From the NCBI RefSeq assembly GCF_009914755.1, contig NC_060947.1: a DNA stretch of 64,000 nucleotides, one strand, 5' to 3'. The translations under genes and the position numbers were made by a program. Below the pieces are notes generated by a model. The model searched no databases and had not been told where the DNA came from. It worked only from the letters and a program-made list of their open reading frames with translations. Shown one piece after another: positions 55,370 through 64,000 of the stretch. The stretch is from the human T2T-CHM13v2.0 reference genome, Homo sapiens. Positions within the stretch are counted from its first letter, which is position 1; each line of letters opens with the position of its first letter.

Positions 55370-55661
55370 GGCAGGTGTGGTGGCTCACGCCTGTAATCCC
55401 AATGCTTTGAGAGGCTGAGGCGGGTGGATCACGAGGTCAGGAGTTCAAGACCAGCCTGGCCAAGATGGTGAAACCCGGTCTCTATTAAAAAGACAAAAAT
55501 TAGCCAGGCATGGTGGTGGGTGCCTGTAACCCCAGCTACTCAGGAGGCTAAGGCAAAGAATTGCTTGAATCAGGGAGGCGGAGGTTGCAGTGAGCTGAGA
55601 TTGCGCTGTTGCACGCCAGCCTGGGCGACGGGGCAAGACTCTGTCTCAAAAACAAAAGAGA
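55370..55661 (+). mobile_element. AluSg-like, full length
   Basis: gatcacgaggtcaggagttcaagaccagcctggccaagatgg; TSD aaaaagtcatt(c/t)at. Confidence 0.95.
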
Positions 55662-55674
55662 AAAAAGTCATTTA

Positions 55675-56400
55675 TTAGTAATGTAAAATTGGTGCAATAT
55701 TTATGGAGGGCAACTTTTCAGTAGGTACCAAAACCCTTAAAAATATGTCCTCCTTGTGATCAAGTTATTTTACATTTAAACATTTCAAAAGGAGTTATCA
55801 GAGATATATACAGAGAGGTATGTATAAGAATTTTTCATGATGTTTTTATAGTAATAAATATTGGAAATTTCCTAAATATCCAATAATTGGAGTCTGGTTA
55901 AATAAATCAAGGATTTATTTATGTGATGGATTACTAAGCAGCCATTAAACATAATATGGGAACTGTTAGATGTTAATGATCACTTCATATAATTTCTATG
56001 TATATCTTTAATTTGCTGCTTCTAAGTGACATTCTGGAAGAGATGGGGGAAAGGGGACTACACATTTTTCTTTTCATTTTTTGGTGTTTTCTTTCAACTC
56101 TGTTTCTCTTTGTCTCTGTCTCTCTCTCTCTTTCTGTGTGTAGGTCTGTGTGTTTATGTGTGTGTACGTATTTATATATGTCTGTGTGTATGCACATATC
56201 TGATATATTTTATTCACATAGAAAGATGTTCAAAAATATTTATTTAAATAAGCACATTATAAAGTAACCACAATGTGAGTTGAGCTTAGATATAGATGTA
56301 TGTAAATTATATGATTTTCTTCTTTCTGTGTATCTGTATTTTCTAACTTTCCTATAATAAACATATATTACTCATATATAGAAAGTTATAATATGTTTTT
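55675..56400 (+). mobile_element. Old L1 (L1ME-type) fragments with a TC/TG-rich tract (~56100-56200)
   Basis: aatgtaaaattggtgcaa..tggagggcaa..cctaaatatccaataa..ggttaaataaat..gcagccattaaa. Confidence 0.6.
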
Positions 56401-56436
56401 AATTCTTCAAAAATCCATTTTAGAAAAGGCAGTGTG

Positions 56437-56783
56437 GGCCACACAGGGTGGCTCACACCTGTAATCCGAGCATTTTGGGAGGCCAAGGTGAGAGGATCGT
56501 TTGAGTACAGAAGTTCGAGACCAGCCTGGGCAACAGAATGAAAGCCTGTCTCTACAATAAAAATAAAAATATTAGCCAGGCATTGTGCTGTGTGCCTGTA
56601 GTCTCTGCTACTTTGGAGGCTGAGGTGGGAGGGTCATTTGAGCCTGGAAGGTTGAGGCTGCAGTGAGGCTGCAGTGAGCTGTGAGGTTGAGGCTGCAGTG
56701 AGCTGGAGTGTTATGCACTCCAGGCTGGATGACAGAGCGAGACTTTCTCTAAAAAAATAACAAAGGAAAGAAAAGAAAAGAAA
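56437..56783 (+). mobile_element. AluJ, full length with internal duplications and (GAAAA)n tail
   Basis: J-type positions (gcctgggcaac, ttgaggctgcagtgagc); 15-bp TSD agaaaaggcagtgtg at 56422-56436 and 56784-56798. Confidence 0.95.
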
Positions 56784-59129
56784 AGAAAAGGCAGTGTGTA
56801 AATTAAAGCAGAAGAAAAAAGAAACTTCAAAATTTAACATTCCAATATTTTATGACTGGCACTTAATTAACCTTATGGTCCCAATTTATTAATGAAGTAA
56901 TCCCCAAACCTATTATTTTTATATTTGAGGAAAAATCTCAGTAGTAAGAGTAAACAATTTAAAATTTTTACCAGTAAATCAAGACAGAAGACAATACTTA
57001 AATGCCATATTTAAAATGTAGTTCAGTAACATCATTGTCACCTTACAAATATCTTACAAAGATCACCAAGGTGACCTTATAATGACAACAGGGTATCATA
57101 TTATTACTAATGATCTCCATATCCAATGCACTATATATAAATCATTCATACTAGGCTGAAGTGGTGCTCTTGATTAGTTGCAATCTAACTGCCTGATGTG
57201 CATTTTTCATCACTGTTAATGTTGCTCAAAAAAGACGTAGTTCTGCTCAGATGTTCATGTGGTTCCAGAATAGTGCTAAGTTAGAATCTTTCAAGGGAAG
57301 ACATTTCAGAAAGTACTTAGATCCAGACTACAAAAAATATTTCTGGCTCTTGTGCTGCATATACCAGAGCAAGTCTGTAGAAATTGGCTTCATATACATC
57401 AGGCTGATTCTGCAAGGAGGCTAGCAAAAAATGCTTTAAAAAATAAACTGCCCTATATGTAGCATTTTGCCTTGGTGAGATAAACAGAAGACTGGGGAAA
57501 AACAAAGGGCTCTTCTCTGCTCACTTCTCCATTGTTTTCAAGCTGGTTCCTTTAGGAGTGTGTCACCCCATTTATGACTAGAGAAGGCCAGTTAATACAT
57601 TGATCTATGTCAGATACCACAGGTTACTTGCCATCACTGAACAATTCCCAACATGTACAACTTCCCTCACCCTTTATCTCTCTATTCCACTCAAGAATTC
57701 ATTTCCAAAAAATAAACTGTTCACTGTCTTAATACTGAATGTGGGCTAACTACCGTTTAAGAAAAAGAAATTAGAATGTTTGACAGGACCATCACTGAAC
57801 TCAGCCAAATAATGCATACCAGAGGCAAAAACAGCAGAAGCTATTAAACAAAGGTTACAAATACATCTCACAGGACTGACTATTGGTTTTGGAGATAGGC
57901 TAGACCCTGCAAGCAGAGCCCTATGTCCAAACCTGGACAGCTCATTAAGAGATCATCTAGCCCAGACCTTAATTAGCACCACTGCCTGTTGTTTCTTCCT
58001 ACATAGATAATAATATTCTACTTCCTTCAGTTCTCAGCCTCTTATAACAAAACGGTCAGCAGAGATTGGCTATGGAGGTAAAATACATAAATTGGAGGTG
58101 AGCAGAAGAAGGGCCTAAAAGCCGGGTTCAAGATGTTGACATCAAATAATATATGTATATATGAATATGCACATAATGTGAATATGCATACATGTGTATG
58201 GATAGATATCTTTCTCAAATAGATGTTAAAAGTATGATTTCTGTTAGTTTAGAAAATGGTACAAATTTTTACTTTTTAAAAATAATTACCTGATTATACT
58301 GTAATTTTAATACCTATATTAATGCTATTTCTATTTTCAAGGGACTTTGGGCGGCATATAGGTCACACTTTATCTTATTAATGAGTATATCTTTACATCG
58401 CTATATATGCTTTGAAACTCCTAATGCAATTTTTTTAATGGGACGTTTACTCAAAGACTTCGCAGAAAATAATCGTGTTAATAAAAGAGACAGTTTTCCC
58501 ATTACAATGATCAGTGCTCTCAGACAATTAATGCTGCAACACTCTGTATTGTCACTTTCTTCCTCAAGGCCTAGAGAACTTCTCGGTTTACATTATTGGC
58601 TGAAGCTTCTTTTCTTTCTGGCAATATAGGCATTTCTAATGATGAGACCTGCCAAAACTTGTCAATGCTATTTTTCTTCTTTTCCATTAGAGGTGACTGT
58701 GGCTGAATAGCCAAGTAATCTATAGTCTAACTTCATTTAATTGTTTTTACTACATGACATGAAGAAATATAGTGAGTAATCACTTCTGTTTTACATGAAG
58801 CAAATTGCTAGTGCTTTCCACAGCAATATGAACAAGACTTAATTTGTGCAATTTCCCTTGAACATCCTGTTCAAATCCTAGCAGGGTAAGTTCCGCCCTC
58901 TTTGGTTCTCTAGTGAGTGAAGACCAGATTGGATCAGTGGATCTCGATTATTTTCCCTTCTGTAGTCCTCTTCAAAATAAAGTCAGAGAATAGTTGGTCT
59001 TGGCTAAAACTGGCATATTCCTCTCCCTCCAGCAACATCTCTCAAGAAAAATGGGTTTATTATCTTTGTTTATTTGTTCCCAAACCTCACTTCTCATATG
59101 GCAATATTTATTTTTTTGTTTTTTTAATG

Positions 59130-59640
59130 GTTTTGTTTTGTAAATACACGGTGTCTGATAGTTATATAGTCTAATTACAGAAAATTTGGAAAATACAGAT
59201 AATAAAGGAAAAAATGACCTATTACCCACCTTTTTCAATCAGAAATAATCATTTTTAGCACTTTTGCATATCTTTTTCAAGTCTTTTTTCTTTCTTACAT
59301 ATTGGATACATATAATTTTACACCTTGGTTTATCATTTGGTAGTATAACATAAACATTTTCCTTTTATCTTAAAATATTTGTAAACATCTTTTTTTAATG
59401 GCCATTATGTATTGCCTTGTCTAGATATATCATAAATCACATAGCATTTGCCTTGTTGAACATTTGGGTTCCTTCATATTTTCTATTATCACAAATAATG
59501 CTTGGTGAAAATATCTGAAATGAAGTTTTTTCTTTATTTCATATTATTTATTTAGGACAAAGTCCCAGAAGTAGAATTATTGGTATGAACATTATTAAGG
59601 CTTTTGCAGCAAACTGCCAAATCTACACCAACTAATATTT
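59130..59640 (-). mobile_element. Old L1 (L1ME-type) fragment
   Basis: acagaaaatttggaaaatacag..ttgttgaacatttgggtt..cccagaagtagaattattgg..aaactgccaaa. Confidence 0.6.
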
Positions 59641-59654
59641 CATCATGTCCTTAT

Positions 59655-61100
59655 TAGTCATTCATTTACTCAACCAATATTTATTAATCACCTACTATGT
59701 ATCAGGCACTGTGCTAGGTGATATGGATATAGTAGTGAGCAAAAAAGAAACAAAATTCATGCCCTCAAGGAACTAATATTCTAGAAAAGTGGATAAGATA
59801 AAAATACAGTATGATACCAGTTAATGATGAGTAATATAAAGAAAAATAGAAGCTGATAAAGGCATAGAAAATGAAAGACAATAAAGTTCATTACATAGGA
59901 TGGTCAGAGTAGGCCACTATGATGAAGGAACATTTGATCAAATATCTGAATGAAGTAAGAAAGTAAACCTGGAGAGGTCTGAATGAAAATTAAATGGGTT
60001 AATACATATAAAGTCCTTAGGACAGTGCTTTGCCTAGGAAGCATTCCATATGTGTTAGTTTTTATTATTACTTGTAATGCTAGAATATTCCATTCACCTT
60101 TTCTGGTGACATTATTATGGTGGTGTGATCCTGAAAGAGTCAAAAAGGATCTATCATATACTTCTATTATTTGATTGTTTATGTCCCCTCCAATATTCAT
60201 GTTTAAACTTAATGCCCAATGCAACCGTATTAAGAGGCGGGACCTTTTGGGAAGTGATGAAGACATGAATGGATTGGTAATTTATAAAAGAGGTCCAGGG
60301 AATAAGCTAGGTTTTTTTTTTGTTTTTTTTTGTTTTGTTTTTTGGCCCTTTCAACTTCCACCATGTAAGGACACAGGGTACTTCCCTCTGGAGGACACAG
60401 CAAGAAGGCAGCATCTTGGAAGCAGAAGGAGTAACTGCCTCCCGCACTGAATGTCAGTGCCTTAATCTTGGACTTCCCAGCCTCCAAAACTGTGAGAAAA
60501 TAAACTTCTGTTCTTTATTTTAAAACAAAAGTAAAGTCTGCAGAAACCTTGGAGAAAAATCATTTTAGACAGATAAAAAAGCAGGCACAAGGCCCTGAGA
60601 AAAAAAAAGAATGCATGGCATGTTTAAAGAACAAATCAAAGGGCAATATGGCTAGAAGGTTATGAGCAATGTTTGAGGGGGGACATAGCAAGACATGAAG
60701 TCCAATAAATAGTGACCAAATCATGTAAAGCCTTGTAGGGCATTGTAAAGATTTTTTAAATTTTTCAAGTTTTTTAAAGTGTGGTGAGAAGTCAACCTTT
60801 GGAAGCCAGAGAGCAGACAGATCATAAGATCTTGTTTAAGTTTTAAAATGATCATCCTGGTTGCCGTGTGAAAAACTATATGAGAACAAAGATGGATCTA
60901 GGGATATCAATTAGAAGGCTGTTTCAGTATTCCAGGTAAGAAATGATGGTGGTTTGTTCTAGAGTGTTAGTAATGAATGAGAAGAAAATTATTCAGATAA
61001 AGAATATAGTTTGAAGGTAGAGTCAGCATTTGTTAATTGGTTGGGTGTCAGGTGTTAAAAAAGAGAAATCAAGAATGACTAACATTTGGGACTTGAAAAA
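59655..61100 (-). mobile_element. L2 LINE, interrupted by MIR (~59985-60070) and a MaLR LTR
   Basis: tcattcatttactcaaccaatatttattaatcacctactatgtatcaggcactgtgctagg; resumes ~60535 (aggccctgag, ccttgtagggcattgtaaaga, ccaggtaagaaatgatggtgg, tttgaaggtagagtc). Confidence 0.8.
60162..60520 (+). mobile_element. MSTD/MLT1A1-like MaLR LTR
   Basis: atgtcccctccaatattcatgtt..ccaccatgtaaggacacag..gcatcttggaagcag..tcttggacttcccagcctccaaaactgtgagaaaataaa. Confidence 0.85.
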
Positions 61101-61134
61101 TTGCACTGAGCATTATTTTAATTTTTAAAATAAA

Positions 61135-61330
61135 CAGGCATTTATTGTTTCTAATTTGTATGTATACATGTACATACAAATTGTGGTAAGAACATTTAAC
61201 ATGAGATCTACCCTCTTAAAATTGTAAGTGTACAATACAGTATTGTTATTTAAGGCACTATGTTGGACAAAAGATCTCTAGAACTTATTTGCCTTGCATA
61301 AGAGAAACTTTATATTCACTGAATATCATT
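61135..61330 (-). mobile_element. L1MA-type 3' terminal fragment
   Basis: gtggtaagaacatttaacatgagatctaccctcttaa..aagtgtacaatacagtattgtt..agatctctagaacttatt. Confidence 0.8.
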
Positions 61331-61607
61331 TATGTTGATTACTGAAGGTTGAGGTTTTTTTCAGTTATTTTTTTTCCATTTCCCATTTCTATTTCCTCTC
61401 TTGTGAATTATTTTTTCATGTCTTTGCCCAAATGGCATTTATAAAATTATTTCCTCCCTTAGCTTCTATTTTCTTGTTATCTTGTATGGCTTGTACCTCT
61501 CTGATCTTATTCTAACTTCCTCTCTCTTGAAGGCTCCTCTTATTTCACTAAACTCTTAAATGCAGTGTTTCTCAATATTTCATCTTTGCTTCTCTTTTTA
61601 CTCTATA

Positions 61608-62072
61608 CAGTCAACTTTCTGTATCCATGAGTTCCACATCTGTAGATGTAATCAAACGTGAATCAAAAATATTTGGAAAATAATTCCACAAAGTTCCCAA
61701 AAGCAAAACTTGAATTTGCTGCACAGCAAGTACTTTGTTGAATCCATGTGAATAAAGTGATGTGTAGGTATTGTATTAGATTTTCTTTTTTAGAGATGGG
61801 GTCTTGCTATGTTGCCCAGGCTGGACTCAAACTCACGGGACCAAAGGATCCTCCTGCCTCAGCCTCCCAAGTAGTTCGGACAATAGGCATGTACACCCTT
61901 GCGTCCGGTGTATTAGGTATTGTTAAGTAATCTAGAGATGACTTAAAGTATATACTTAGGTCATATGCAAATATTATACCATTTTATATCATGAACTTGA
62001 CTACCTGTGGATTTTGGTATCTATGGTGGGGGGTACTGTAACCTGGTCCCCACAGATATCAAAAGATGACTG
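61608..62072 (-). mobile_element. MER2/MER2B-like Tigger derivative
   Basis: TA|cagtca..tgactg|TA termini; aagcaaaacttgaatttgc, aagtaatctagagatga, ggattttggtatc. Confidence 0.85.
61781..61908 (-). mobile_element. FLAM Alu monomer nested in the MER2-like element
   Basis: agagatggggtcttgctatgttgcccaggctgg..cctcctgcctcagcctccc; TSD tgtattag at 61772-61779 and 61909-61916. Confidence 0.9.
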
Positions 62073-62178
62073 TATATACTCTCTAGCTAAGCTCACCTAC
62101 CTGCCCCTACGATTTCAACTACTATGTTGATTGATGACACCCAGATCTCTAATTCTAGACTTTATCTTCAGATCTGTA

Positions 62179-62470
62179 TTTTTTTAGAACAAGCTCTTGC
62201 TCTGTCATTTAGACTGGAGTGCCATGGTGCAATCATGGCTCACTTGCAGTCTCAACATCCCAGGCACAAGCAAGCAATCCTCCCACCTCAGAGTGCTGAG
62301 TAGCTGGGACTAAAGAGATGTACCACCACGCCCAGTTAATTTTTTTTTTAAAAAAGAGATGGGGTCTCACTATGTTGCCCAAGCTTGTCTGGAACTCCTG
62401 TGCTCAAGTAATCCTCCTTCCTTGGCCTCCTAAGCTGCTAGGATTACAGGCAGGAACCAGTGCGCCCAGC
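62179..62470 (-). mobile_element. AluJ, full length
   Basis: J-type dimer; TSD cagatctgta at 62169-62178 and 62471-62480. Confidence 0.93.
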
Positions 62471-63024
62471 CAGATCTGTAATTTCCATCTGGCACAATCC
62501 ATCTCCATCTGGATATCTAGCTGGTGTCTCACATCGAATAAGTCCAAACCTGACTGCATTATCCCCACTGAAACCAACTTTTTCTTCTGTGTTCCCTATT
62601 CTGCTTCATGGCATTACCTAGTTTCCCAAGACAAAAGCCTCAGAGTCACTCCCTCCTTCTTCCTCACACCCTAAATTAAATCAATTTCCGAGAATCATTG
62701 ATTCTACCTTATCAGTGCTTCTCAAATTTGTCCACTCCTCTCCATGTTACTGTCACTGCCTTGGTTCATGTCCTCATAATTGGTCACAGTTGCAGTACTG
62801 CCTCTTTATTGGTCTCACTGCTACTATACTCCTAATCTACTTCAATCCTTCCTCCATACTGGTGATGTCTTTCTAACACAAGGTTGATTCACCTTGCCCT
62901 CACTTTAAAACCCCTTATCTCGTTCAGTTGACACTACTACAACATAGCACACTGCTTAATTTTGGATAAACCTCAGGAAAAACACCATTTTCTAGGATTA
63001 TCTCCATGCAGCAAAATACCAACC

Positions 63025-63105
63025 CATTCATTCATTCAACAAATGTGTACTAAGCCTCTTCTGTATGTCAGACACATAAATGGAAATAAGACGTTATCCC
63101 TGACC
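63025..63105 (-). mobile_element. L2 3' terminal fragment
   Basis: cattcattcattcaacaaatgtgtactaagc..tatgtcagacac. Confidence 0.65.
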
Positions 63106-63329
63106 TCTGTTCCCCAGGCTCGGATAGGAAATAAAATGGCACTCTCTTGTCCTAGATTGGTATTCCCCATTGCTAATTTAACCTAGTGTTCTTTCACAGC
63201 CCTAAGGTCATGTGGAATGTGATTCTCCATATTCTCTGACTAAAAAACATCCTAGACACTCTTTAAGAATCAATTCAAATAACTGACTATTTATAAAACT
63301 ATATCAATCTTTGAGTTTCCAGAGCATTC

Positions 63330-63490
63330 TAATTATTCCTCTACTATAGCATTTGTTATATGACCGGAGTATGCTTATATATCTGTCTCCCAAAGATGAT
63401 TTTTTAATGTCTCTGTAGCACCAGGTAAACAGAGGCTTTGAAGAAGGTTTGATAAATTAGCAAATGAATGAATGGAAGAATGAGCAAATG
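63330..63490 (+). mobile_element. L2 3' terminal fragment
   Basis: tctactatagcattt..tctgtctccc..aaatgaatgaatggaagaatga. Confidence 0.5.
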
Positions 63491-64000
63491 AAAATTTTCC
63501 TTCATGAAAATTGTTCTGTGATATATAACCAAAAGTATGTAAACTGAAGTTTTCAGTAAAAGGAGAGACCAGTGCATGAGACCTGGAGAGCCTCTGTGGA
63601 AAACAGGAGCCTTCAAGACCCATTGTCACAGATCATCAGTGTAAATGTTAATTTTTTTCCCTTTCAATAGTAAAGCAGTTCCAAGTATTTTGCTAAATAT
63701 CTGGGACCAGTGTTCTCTCACTATGTCTACTGCTGTTTTACACATTTTCTTAAGGATACTTTATTCCATGTTTTACAGAAGTAAATTGTTAAAACTTTCT
63801 CTCTTCCATGTTAAATTACCAGTTAAAATACTTCCCTTGCACTGAACTCTAATTGTTTACATTAAAATTACCTCACTTTCACAAGTTGTCCGATGTTTCA
63901 TCAAAGCAATATCTCAAATAGTGAAAAGAACAAAACAATGAAGAAAATGTAGCATCCTTATGTTGACACTTCATGAATTCTAAACCAAAAATAAATGGTG

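Larger units (their letters stand above)
61430..62920 (+). mobile_element. L2 LINE hosting nested insertions
   Basis: tgatgacacccagatctct..catctccatctggatatct..agtccaaacctgac..ttctcaaatttgtccactcctctcc. Confidence 0.7.

Overview
This is AT-rich, CpG-depleted primate genomic DNA. AluY/AluS/AluJ elements, L1PA sequence and an intact LTR12C solo LTR point to human or another ape. I found no credible protein-coding exon, RNA gene or CRISPR-like array. The supplied ORFs fall in Alu, LTR12, L1, L2 or microsatellite sequence, or are short chance ORFs. The window looks like a deep intron or gene desert: a mosaic of interspersed repeats (about 15 Alu units, many MIR/L2 relics, L1 3' ends, MaLR LTRs, MER2/MER5/MER20 DNA transposons) separated by unique stretches, some with enhancer-like motif clusters and retained CpGs. 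I cannot name the locus and see no new multi-gene system. Most notable: (1) an AluY whose 3' end is an L1PA 3' terminus (candidate template-switch chimera), with a hairpin replacing part of its left arm; (2) a TSD-flanked LTR12C pointing at two consensus splice donors just outside it; (3) an old ~200-bp local duplication whose second copy is split by two Alus; (4) a possible very old RTE-clade LINE fossil near 51.7-52.1 kb. Repeat families were recognised by eye from remembered consensus sequences; subfamily calls and boundaries without a TSD are approximate.
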